Source: Octopus sinensis
Taxonomy: Eukaryota
DNA length: 64,000 nt
Direction of reading: 5' to 3'
Assembly (NCBI RefSeq): GCF_006345805.1
Contig: NC_043011.1
Span: 50,976,464 to 51,040,463, forward strand
Below are positions 53,876-64,000 of the stretch, in pieces; the stretch's first letter is position 1; every line of letters starts with the position of its first letter. The notes below the pieces were generated by a model. It saw only the letters and a list, made by a program, of their open reading frames with translations, was not told the origin of the DNA and searched no databases. The translations under genes and the position numbers were made by a program.

Positions 53876-54407
53876 ACAGTCTGTTTTCCATGCTGGCATG
53901 GGTTGGACGGTTTGATAGGAGCTGGCCAACTGAAGGGCTGTTGAGGCTCCATGTCTGTTTTGGTATGGTTCCTATGGCTGAATGCCCTTCCTAACACCAA
54001 TCATGTTACAGAGTGTACTGGGTGCTTTTATGCAGCATCAGCAGGCATGCTTTTTATGTGGCACCAGCAGCCACAAGTTGGCAAGATTTGGATCACTCAG
54101 CTGAAGAAGGCTGCAAACATACTGTCTGAGCAGATGACTTAATCCATGATTCAGATGACTGTTGTGATATGCGAATGAGCAAAAGCTGTTCATTGAATTT
54201 TCAGAAGTAGATGTATGCTGCTTTCTTTCTCTTTCTCTCTTAGAACAAATGAAGAAATTCACTGCTGATGAGTTGGTAAAAACAGGTGAAACTATGAGTA
54301 GTTTTTCACCGTTTTATAGAGAGAGAGAGAGAGAGAGAGAGTTCAAATAAGACACAAGATATATTTACACAGCAAATTTAAATATATGTTTATCAAATGC
54401 ATGCATA

Positions 54408-54783
54408 CTCTTTTACTCTTTTACTTGTTTCAGTCATTCGACTGCGGCCATGCTGGAGCACTGTCTTTAGTCGAGCAACTCGACCCCGGGACTTATTCTT
54501 TATAAGCCCAGTACTTATTCTATCGGTTCTCTTTTGCCGAACCGCTAAGTGACGGGGACGTAAACACACCAGCATCGGTTGTCAAGCAATGCTAGGGGGA
54601 CAAACACAGACACACATACATATACGACAGGCTTCTTTCAGTTTCCGTCTACCAAATCCACTCACAAGGCATTGGTCGGCCCGAGGCTATAGCAGAAGAC
54701 ACTTGCCCAAGATGCCACGCAGTGGGACTGAACCCGGAACCATGTGGCTGGTTAGCAAGCTACTTACCACACAGCCACTCCTG
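54408..54783 (-). mobile_element. Young family A SINE
   Basis: Near-consensus full copy. Confidence 0.9.
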
Positions 54784-55169
54784 CATGTGTGTATATCTTT
54801 TAAATTTTGATTGGTTTCAGCCATACTGCAACCATACCGAGGTATCACTTTGAAGGGATGTAATTGAATGAATCAACCCCAGTGCTTATTTTTAAAGAAC
54901 TTATTGTGTTGGTCTTTATTGGCTGAACCGCTAAATTACTGTGGTATAAACAAACCGATCACTGGTTGTTAAGCCATGATGCAAGTAGTGCTCAAGTATT
55001 TTAACTGTTAAGATACACAATATTGGCAAGGTCCTATCAAGGGACGTTTCTGAGGTTTGCAGTTGATGGAATCATGTAGGTTTGATGCTGAGTGTGACAG
55101 TAAGTAGATCATTGATGTATAGCAGAAACGAGAGTGCAGGATAAAACCGAACCTTTTCTCTTTCTCTTT

Positions 55170-55366
55170 CTCTTTTACATGTTTCAGTCATTTGACTGCG
55201 GCCATGCTGGAGCACCGCCTTTAGTCGAGCAAATCGACCCCGGGACTTATTCTTTGTAAGCCCAGTACTTATTCTATCGGTCTCTTTTGCCGAACCGCTA
55301 AGTGACGGGGACGTAAACACACCAGCTTCGGTTGTCAAGCAATGCTAGGGTGACAAACACAGACAT

Positions 55367-55399
<33 letters not shown>

Positions 55400-55558
55400 C
55401 ATATATACGACAGGCTTCTTTCAGTTTCCGTCTACCAAATCCACTCACAAGGCATTGGTCGGCCCGGGGCTATAGCAGAAGACACTTGCCCAAGATGCCA
55501 CGCAGTGGGACTGAACCCGGAACCATGTGGTTGGTTAGCAAGCTACTTACCACACAGC
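55170..55558 (-). mobile_element. Young family A SINE (its head half is duplicated at 56890-57046)
   Basis: Near-consensus full copy. Confidence 0.9.
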
Positions 55559-55739
55559 GCGCATTTTCTGAGATGATTCAGTGTGGGACAGAAACAGCTC
55601 AATCAACATGTGTTGTGATAGTGAGATCTAATAGAAAGCTATCTATTTCAGAGATGTGAGATGGACAGAGCCAGTGGGCAGGAAGACTTGCATGCGAGTT
55701 ACAGTCAAAGGCTTTGTTTATGACCAGGTAACAACATTG

Positions 55740-56010
55740 CTTTCACCAAACTGAGAGTTGCTGAAGCATGGAACAAACTGCCGGCATCGGTTGTTAGCTG
55801 TCGGAGCACTGCATCCTTCAAAACTTCCATGCTTCCTGAGATTCGCCAACACTACACTTGATTTTCTCCCCTCCATACACACACAAGCATGTATCTGACT
55901 CATACATTGTTCGCTTTCCAGACATTTCTCCATTACTGCATGTAATTTATATGCACTTTCTGACAAGTTGTGGTGCACCTGAGCACTGTATACAATAATT
56001 TCATTATTAT
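55740..56010 (+). mobile_element. CR1/L2-type LINE 3-prime end (duplicated at 57228-57498)
   Basis: FTKLRVAEAWNKLPASVVSCRSTASFKTSM matches the RV..WN.LP..VV.....FK C-terminal motif of CR1/L2 ORF2; followed by 3-prime UTR and ATT-rich tail. Confidence 0.8.
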
Positions 56011-56674
56011 TTATTAAACTTTTCGAAAGCAAGAGACATTTACACATAAATATATAAATATCTGGGATAAGTTATGCTTAATAGGATTTGAAATGTTTGG
56101 TCTATTAATCTCACCTTTGGAGATGAGTCATTTAAAAAAATATTTACATCAACAATTTTACAACTAGTTCGATTTATGATATTAACAGAATATATCAATC
56201 TCAAAAGATTGCATGTGTGTTTGAGTGCATATATTTTACATGTTCATCTGCTTTGAGTCAGTTTCTTCATGTCAGCATGGGTTAGGCAAAGATGTTATTA
56301 AAGGACTATTTTACAGCCTGATGCCCTTCTCAGCACTAAACCTTGATTGTTTTTCCAAGTAAGGGACCTCTTAATTCACAAAACTTAAACGGTAGGAAGC
56401 GAGTGGGCAGTTTATTGACAGGAGAACCCTGCAGGAACAAGATGAGTGTCATGAAAACCAATGCAGATGTAGATATACACACACACACACACACAAATGA
56501 TGGACTTCTTTTTCAGTTTATGTCAACCAAAGCCACACAAGACTTTGGTTTGCTTTGGACTACAACACAAGACACATGTGCAAGGTGCAATGCAGTGAGA
56601 CTTAACCTGAAGCCCCATGGTTCAGAAGCAAACTTCTTAATGACACAGCAATGCCTGTGTGTGTGTGTGTGTGG

Positions 56675-56848
56675 AGGCGCAATGGCCCAGTAGTTAAGGC
56701 AGCGGACTCGCGGTCGGAGGATTGCGGTTTCGATTCCCAGACCGGGCGTTGTGAGTGTTTATTGAGTGAAAACACCTAAAACTCCATGAGGGTCCAGCAG
56801 GGGGCGGTGGCGATCCCTGCTGTACTCTTTTGCCACAACTTTCACTCA
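56675..56848 (+). mobile_element. tRNA(Arg)-like SINE (duplicated at 58159-58332)
   Basis: GGCGCAATGGCCCAGTAGTTAAGG (A box) ... GGTTTCGATTCC (B box-like). No acceptor-stem pairing, so not a tRNA gene. May correspond to a published octopus OR-type SINE (not verified). Confidence 0.75.
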
Positions 56849-56855
56849 TATATAT

Positions 56856-56887
<32 letters not shown>

Positions 56888-58328
56888 CATATATACGACA
56901 GGCTTCTTTCAGTTTCCGTCTACCAAATCCACTCACAAGGCATTGGTCGGCCCGGGGCTATAGCAGAAGACACTTGCCCAAGATGCCACGCAGTGGGACT
57001 GAACCCGGAACCATGTGGTTGGTTAGCAAGCTACTTACCACACAGCGCGCATTTTCTGAGATGATTCAGTGTGGGACAGAAACAGCTCAATCAACATGTG
57101 TTGTGATAGTGAGATCTAATAGAAAGCTATCTATTTCAGAGATGTGAGATGGACAGAGCCAGTGGGCAGGAAGACTTGCATGCGAGTTACAGTCAAAGGC
57201 TTTGTTTATGACCAGGTAACAACATTGCTTTCACCAAACTGAGAGTTGCTGAAGCATGGAACAAACTGCCGGCATCGGTTGTTAGCTGTCGGAGCACTGC
57301 ATCCTTCAAAACTTCCATGCTTCCTGAGATTCGCCAACACTACACTTGATTTTCTCCCCTCCATACACACACAAGCATGTATCTGACTCATACATTGTTC
57401 GCTTTCCAGACATTTCTCCATTACTGCATGTAATTTATATGCACTTTCTGACAAGTTGTGGTGCACCTGAGCACTGTATACAATAATTTCATTATTATTT
57501 ATTAAACTTTTCGAAAGCAAGAGACATTTACACATAAATATATAAATATCTGGGATAAGTTATGCTTAATAGGATTTGAAATGTTTGGTCTATTAATCTC
57601 ACCTTTGGAGATGAGTCATTTAAAAAAATATTTACATCAACAATTTTACAACTAGTTCGATTTATGATATTAACAGAATATATCAATCTCAAAAGATTGC
57701 ATGTGTGTTTGAGTGCATATATTTTACATGTTCATCTGCTTTGAGTCAGTTTCTTCATGTCAGCATGGGTTAGGCAAAGATGTTATTAAAGGACTATTTT
57801 ACAGCCTGATGCCCTTCTCAGCACTAAACCTTGATTGTTTTTCCAAGTAAGGGACCTCTTAATTCACAAAACTTAAACGGTAGGAAGCGAGTGGGCAGTT
57901 TATTGACAGGAGAACCCTGCAGGAACAAGATGAGTGTCATGAAAACCAATGCAGATGTAGATATACACACACACACACACAAATGATGGACTTCTTTTTC
58001 AGTTTATGTCAACCAAAGCCACACAAGACTTTGGTTTGCTTTGGACTACAACACAAGACACATGTGCAAGGTGCAATGCAGTGAGACTTAACCTGAAGCC
58101 CCATGGTTCAGAAGCAAACTTCTTAATGACACAGCAATGCCTGTGTGTGTGTGTGTGGAGGCGCAATGGCCCAGTAGTTAAGGTAGCGGACTCGCGGTTG
58201 GAGGATTGCGGTTTCGATTCCCAGACCGGGCGTTGTGAGTGTTTATTGAGTGAAAACACCTAAAACTCCATGAGGGTCCAGCAGGGGGCGGTGGCGATCC
58301 CTGCTGTACTCTTTTGCCACAACTTTCA

Positions 58329-58381
<53 letters not shown>

Positions 58382-58598
58382 ATATGTAAAAAAACACAAA
58401 CTGGGACAAGAACACAAAACATTTAGAAGATGATACAAAAAACACGGACGGGACATTCGAAGCCTTCAATCTTCAGTCAAGAACCGGATCATCCTCGCAA
58501 TTTCGGCTGATTAATCTTAAACATGAAAACACAACAACGCGAGGACGTGGAACAAGTATAGTGTTATTGGACGCTCAGGAAGGAAAGAAAGAAGGCGG

Positions 58599-58633
58599 AT
58601 TTAACATTTCAAGCGGTGCTCTTCATCAGAAAC
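58599..58633 (-). ncRNA. Minimal type-I hammerhead-like motif (intact core, decayed stem III) in a PLE-type element (~58520-58700)
   Basis: Minus: GUUU-CUGAUGA-A-GAGC(ACC)GCUU-GAAA-UGU-U-AAAU. Shares the flanking cgctcaggaa motif with the 32.4-kb element. Confidence 0.55.
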
Positions 58634-59416
58634 ATAGGGAAAGGAAAGATCCAAGGAAGGGAAGATGGAAGAAAAGAAATCGCCAACGATACACACACGA
58701 TATATATATATATCATCATCATCATCGTTTAACGTCCGCTTTCCATGCTAGCATGGGTTGGACGGTTCAACTGGGGTCTGGGGAGCCCGAAGGCTGCACC
58801 AGGCCAGTCAGATCTGGCAGTGTTTCTACAGCTGGCTGCCCTTCCTAACGCCAACCACTCCATGTATATATACATACAATGGGCTTCTTTCAGTTTCTGT
58901 CAGCCAGATTCACTCACAAGGCTTTGGTTAGCTTGAGGCTGTAGAAGACACTCACTCAAGGTGGCATACAGTGTGACTGAAACTGGAACCATGTAGTTGG
59001 AAAGCAAGCTTCTTACCACACACCCATGCCTGTGACTATATATATATATATAATTTATTTGTCCATTTCGTTTGATGCTAATGTGTGTTAATTCATATTA
59101 GCATAGTTTAAGCAAAAGGTAATTGAGGCAGAGATTTTTACAACCAGATGCTCTTCCTGTTGACAATCCTTACCTAGTTTTCAAATAAAAAAATTTTTTT
59201 TTTATTCCAGAGAAATCTGAAAGTACAGAGCTAGCAGATGATTTGTTGGTACAGGAAATATCAGCAAATGTCACAGGTTGCAGCCTAGCCACAAATGGCA
59301 ACATCATCATTTGTAGTCAGAGTTCACCATAAAGCACACACACACAGACAGACATATGATGGGTTTCTATCAGATTTTGTCTACCAAAATGTCTCACAGG
59401 CATCAGTTGGTTTGGT

Positions 59417-59642
59417 GACCCCGAAAGGATGAAAGGCAAAGTCGACCTCGGCGGAATTTGAACTCAGTCGCTATGTTCTGAGTTCAAATTCCGCCGAGGT
59501 CGACTTTGCCTTTCATCCTTTCGGGGTCGATAAATTAAGTACCACTGCCTCTACGCACTGGGGTCGATGTAATCGACTTAATCCGTTTGTCTGTCCTTGT
59601 TTGTCCCCTGTGTTTGGCCCCTTGTGGGTAATAAAGAAATAG
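59417..59642 (+). mobile_element. Family B SINE fragment with an inverted duplicate 5-prime end (perfect 51-bp hairpin arms)
   Basis: 59417-59467 is the exact reverse complement of 59478-59528. Confidence 0.9.
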
Positions 59643-60088
59643 GTATTGTAGAACATGATTTCCCAAGATGCCACATAGTAGGATTGAACCCAAAATCACA
59701 TGATTGAGAAGGGAACTTCTTGATCACAGAGCCATGCCTGCACCTACAATATATATATATATCTTTTATCTGTTTCAGTCATTAGACTTCTGCCATGCTG
59801 GGGCACCACTTTGACTGAGGAACTTTTGGGTGATTGAAATGACCCCAGAAAAAAAATTTTAAACCTGGTATTTATTCTACTGGTCTCTTTTTGCTGAACC
59901 ACTAAGTTACTGGGATATAAACAAACAGTGTTGAAAGGCAAACACAGACACAAAAACACGTGTATATGACAAGTACTTCTTTCAGTTTCTGTCTACCAAA
60001 TCCAGTCACAAAGCTTTGGTCAACCTGAGGTATCGTGCAGTGAGACTGAACCTGGAACCATGTGGTTGGGAAACAAGCTTCTTAGCCA

Positions 60089-60126
<38 letters not shown>

Positions 60127-60198
60127 ATCATCATCATCATCATTGTTTAACATCCATTTTCCATACTGCCATGGGTTGGATGGTTTGACTGGGGAATC

Positions 60199-60430
60199 AA
60201 GGCGGCGAGCTGGCAGAATGGTTAGCACGCCGGGCGAAATGCTTAGCGGTATTTCATCTGCGTTACGTTGTGAGTTCAAATTCCGCCGAGGTCGACTTTG
60301 CCTTTCATCCTTTCGGGGTCGATAAATTAAGTACCAGTTACGCACTGGGGTCGATGTAATCGACTTAATACCTATGTCTGTCCTTGTTTGTCCCCTCTGT
60401 GTTTAGCCCCTTGTGGGTAATAAAGAAATA
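60199..60430 (+). mobile_element. Full-length family B (Meta-like) SINE nested in a family C/RTE 3-prime end, 17-bp TSD
   Basis: ggtttgactggggaatc at 60182-60198 and 60431-60447. Confidence 0.9.
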
Positions 60431-61419
60431 GGTTTGACTGGGGAATCGGTTAGCCAGTAGGCTGCGCTGGGCTCCAGTCTGATCTGGCAAGGTTTCTACA
60501 GCTGGATGCCCTTCCTAACGCCAACCACTCCAAGAGTGTAGAGGGTGTTTTTTACGTGCCACTGGTACAGGAGCCAGTTGAGACTGACATCAACCACGTT
60601 TGGGTGGTGCTTTTTACATGCCACTGGCATGGGTAGCCAGTCAGGCAGTACTGGCATCGCCCCACACTTGAATGGTACCTATTATGTGCCACTGGTATGG
60701 GTGCCAGTCAGGCGGCACTGGCAACGGCCACATCTACAATTTCCATTTTGATTCCAGTTTTGATTTGCTTATGACTTTTGATTTTACTTGACTCAATAGG
60801 TCTTCTCAAGCACAACATATATATACACACACACACACACACACATCTTTTACTTGTCACACACACACATATATATATCATTTACACCGTCTTGAAAGGT
60901 TTTAGTTGAACAAATCAACCCCAGGACTCATGGTTTTAAAACCTAGTACTTATTCTATTGACCTCTTTTGCTGAACCACTAATTTATGGGGATGTAAACA
61001 CACCAACACCAGTTGTCAAGCAGTGGTGTGGGACAAATGCAGAAACACAGATATATACATATATATATAAACAACAGGCTTCTTTCAGTTTCCATCTACC
61101 AAATCCACTCACAAGGCTTTGGTTGGCCCTAGGCCACATGATTGGAACACAAGATGTATAATGGAATTGCAGGCAGCCTGACAGATAATGAAAATTTCAT
61201 ACATAGCAGATGAGCAGGAATAGTTATAAATAAGAACAATAACAAAATGTTTTGTTTTTAAAAAAAAAAAAAAAAAAAATACAGAAGTCACCATGGGTGA
61301 CCTATATAATGGTGGTTACCTAGGTAACCTAATTATCAGCAGTACCCAGGTAACCTAATTAACTGCCGGGAGGTGGAAGTTCAGAAAGCACAGCAGCCAG
61401 AGTAAGATCAGGGTGGAAA

Positions 61420-61898
61420 AAAATTCAGGGAACAAAAGGGTTTCTCTCTTGGAGTAAAGGGCAATGTATGATGCTTCAGTGTATAATGTGGAATTGAATA
61501 ATAGCAAAAGAGTGGTATTCTATTATGGAGGATGTGCACAGGCTGGAAAGTACAGCCTGCACAGACTGTAAACATTCTCCTTCCCTCTCGCTCTCTCATA
61601 CACACACAGAGATAGATATATGATGAGCTTATATTTCTGGCATACAAGCTAAGTTTTTAAAACCAAAAATTCCAGGTGAAATGCAGCACGATTAGGAAAG
61701 GTAGAGGTGATGCTTGTGTCTGAATGTTTACATTGCATGTTTCCATTGTATACTAACATTGATTTGTATGCTGGAAAAATAGTATGTGATGTTGGTGTGA
61801 ATGAACAATGAAGAACAAATGAGCTGAGAGAAAGACTGCATACAAAAGGAATCAGATGTAGTGTGCAACAAGAGGAGAAAACCGTACTGATAATATAG
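61420..61898 (+). mobile_element. Decayed RTE ORF2 remnant leading directly into the satellite
   Basis: FSLGVKG..(Y)DA at ~61440, MEDVHRLES at ~61525, CDVGVNEQ*RTNELRERLHTKGIRCSVQQE at ~61785-61880. Confidence 0.65.
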
Positions 61899-64000
61899 AT
61901 GAGTGATGTGTGTGAATGATGGCAGTTGGGGATAGAAATGGCAAGCATGAGTGATGTGTGTGAATGATGTCAGTTGGGGATAGAAATGGCAAGCATGAGT
62001 GATGTCTGTGAATGATGACAGTTGGAGATAGAAATGGCAAGCATGACTGATGTCTGTGAATGATGGCAGTTGGAGATAGAAATGGCAAGCATGACTGATG
62101 TCTGTGAATGATGGCAGTTGGGGATAGAAATGGCAAGCATGAGTGATGTGTGTGAATGATGGCGGTTGGGGATAGAAATGGCAAGCATGAGTGATGTGTG
62201 TGAATGATGGCAGTTGGGGATAGAAATGGCAAGCATGAGTGATGTTGTGAATGATGGCAGTTGGAGATAGAAATGGCAAGCATGACTGATGTCTGTGAAT
62301 GATGGCAGTTGAGGATAGAAATGGCAAGCATGAGTGATGTGTGTGAATGATGGTAGTTGGGGATAGAAATGGCAAGCATGAGTGATGTGTGTGAATGATG
62401 GCGGTTGGGGATAGAAATGGCAAGCATGAGTGATGTGTGTGAATGATGGCAGTTGGGGATAGAAATGGCAAGCATGAGTGATGTCTGTGAATGATGACAG
62501 TTGGAGATAGAAATGGCAAGCATGACTGATGTCTGTGAATGATGGCAGTTGGAGATAGAAATGGCAAGCATGACTGATGTCTGTGAATGATGGCAGTTGA
62601 GGATAGAAATGGCAAGCATGAGTGATGTGTGTGAATGATGGCGGTTGGGGATAGAAATGGCAAGCATGAGTGATGTGTGTGAATGATGGCAGTTGGGGAT
62701 AGAAATGGCAAGCATGATGATGTGTGTGAATGATGGCAGTGGGGATAGAAATGGCAAGCATGAGTGATGTGTGTGAATGATGGCAGTTGGAAATAGAAAT
62801 GGCAAGCATGAGTGATGTGTGTGAATGATGGCAGTTGGGGATAGAAACGGCAAGCATGAGTGATGTGTGTGAATGATGGCAGTTGGGGATAGACATGGCA
62901 AGCATGAGTGATGTGTGTGAATGATGGCAGTTGGGGATAGAAATGGCAAGCATGAGTGATGTGTGTGAATGATGGCAGTTGAGGATAGAAATGGCAAGCA
63001 TGAGTGATGTGTGTGAATGATGGCAGTTGGGGATAGAAATGGCAAGCATGAGTGATGTCTGTGAATGATGACAGTTGGAGATAGAAATGGCAAGCATGAC
63101 TGATGTCTGTGAATGATGGCAGTTGGAGATAGAAATGGCAAGCATGACTGATGTCTGTGAATGATGGCAGTTGAGGATAGAAATGGCAAGCATGAGTGAT
63201 GTGTGTGAATGATGGCGGTTGGGGATAGAAATGGCAAGCATGAGTGATGTGTGTGAATGATGGCAGTTGGGGATAGAAATGGCAAGCATGAGTGATGTGT
63301 GTGAATGATGGCAGTTGGGGATAGAAATGGCAAGCATGAGTGATGTCTGTGAATGATGACAGTTGGAGATAGAAATGGCAAGCATGACTGATGTCTGTGA
63401 ATGATGGCAGTTGGAGATAGAAATGGCAAGCATGACTGATGTCTGTGAATGATGGCAGTTGAGGATAGAAATGGCAAGCATGAGTGATGTGTGTGAATGA
63501 TGGCGGTTGGGGATAGAAATGGCAAGCATGAGTGATGTGTGTGAATGATGGCAGTTGGGGATAGAAATGGCAAGCATGAGTGATGTGTGTGAATGATGGC
63601 AGTTGGGGATAGAAATGGCAAGCATGAGTGATGTGTGTGAATGATGGCAGTTGGAAATAGAAATGGCAAGCATGAGTGATGTGTGTGAATGATGGCAGTT
63701 GGGGATAGAAACGGCAAGCATGAGTGATGTGTGTGAATGATGGCAGTTGGGGATAGACATGGCAAGCATGAGTGATGTGTGTGAATGATGGCAGTTGGGG
63801 ATAGAAATGGCAAGCATGAGTGATGTCTGTGAATGATGGCAGTTGAGGATAGAAATGGCAAGCATGAGTGATGTGTGTGAATGATGGTAGTTGGAGATAG
63901 AAATGGCAAGCATGACTGATGTCTGTGAATGATGGCAGTTGGGGATAGAAATGGCAAGCATGAGTGATGTGTGTGAATGATGGTAGTTGGGGATAGAAAT
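61899..64000. repeat. 48-bp tandem satellite (about 44 units, continues past the window edge) with higher-order structure
   Basis: Unit ATGAGTGATGTGTGTGAATGATGGCAGTTGGGGATAGAAATGGCAAGC; diagnostic variants recur at 864-bp and 288-bp spacing. Confidence 0.97.

Larger units (their letters stand above)
55380..58365. repeat. ~1488-bp near-identical tandem duplication with junctions in (TA)n tracts
   Basis: cgacaggc at 55408 and 56896 (offset 1488); identical ORFs at 55718 and 57206; few substitutions (ggcag/ggtag, gtcgg/gttgg) plus microsatellite length differences. Confidence 0.95.

Noticed and set aside
56675-56750. Possible tRNA-Arg gene
   Set aside because: A and B boxes are present, but the acceptor stem does not pair and the sequence runs into a SINE body and TA tail.
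17368-57147. Recurrent ORFs starting MSSNARG, MLGGQTQ or MTTDAG
   Set aside because: Antisense reading frames of family A SINE copies; the recurrence reflects SINE copy number.
58450-58480. Hammerhead-like CUGAAGA...CUUCGAAU on the minus strand
   Set aside because: GAAU instead of GAAA, and neither stem I nor stem III pairs.
61728-63961. 327-701-aa minus-strand ORFs (LPFLSPTAIIHTHHSC and MLAISIPNCHHSHTSL repeats)
   Set aside because: They are stop-free readings of a 48-bp (3n) satellite, open in more than one frame, with no unique domain or splice context.
1-64000. Conserved bilaterian miRNAs, rRNA or snRNA genes
   Set aside because: No mature sequence I recognise was seen by eye; novel lineage-specific miRNAs cannot be excluded without small-RNA data.

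Overview
AT-rich, repeat-dense eukaryotic non-coding DNA. The repeat content (tRNA-derived SINEs with internal (TA)n, Meta-domain-like SINEs, RTE LINE debris, many TA/CA/GA microsatellites) looks like an octopod cephalopod genome; this is recognition from memory, not a database result. I found no host protein-coding exon I can defend. Almost all listed ORFs are microsatellite, SINE or satellite artefacts. Supported features: a decayed near-full-length mariner (2636-3838) nested in a SINE; a maT/DD37D-like fragment; an internally deleted hAT/Buster element with TIRs and 8-bp TSD; a TTAA-flanked piggyBac-type MITE; a long-TIR foldback MITE; several RTE and CR1/L2 LINE remnants; at least four SINE/retroposon families; two microsatellite-bounded tandem duplications (348 bp, ~1.49 kb); two long fold-back palindromes; and a 48-bp satellite running off the right edge. 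The most interesting signals are (1) three minimal type-I hammerhead-ribozyme-like motifs on the minus strand (32480-32517, 41165-41210, 58599-58633), of the kind known from Penelope-like retroelements; (2) the 48-bp satellite appears to have been born in place from RTE ORF2 sequence; (3) the Meta-type SINE repeatedly inserts at GGT(A/T) sites, including into itself. Repeat coordinates are approximate unless TIR/TSD positions are given.
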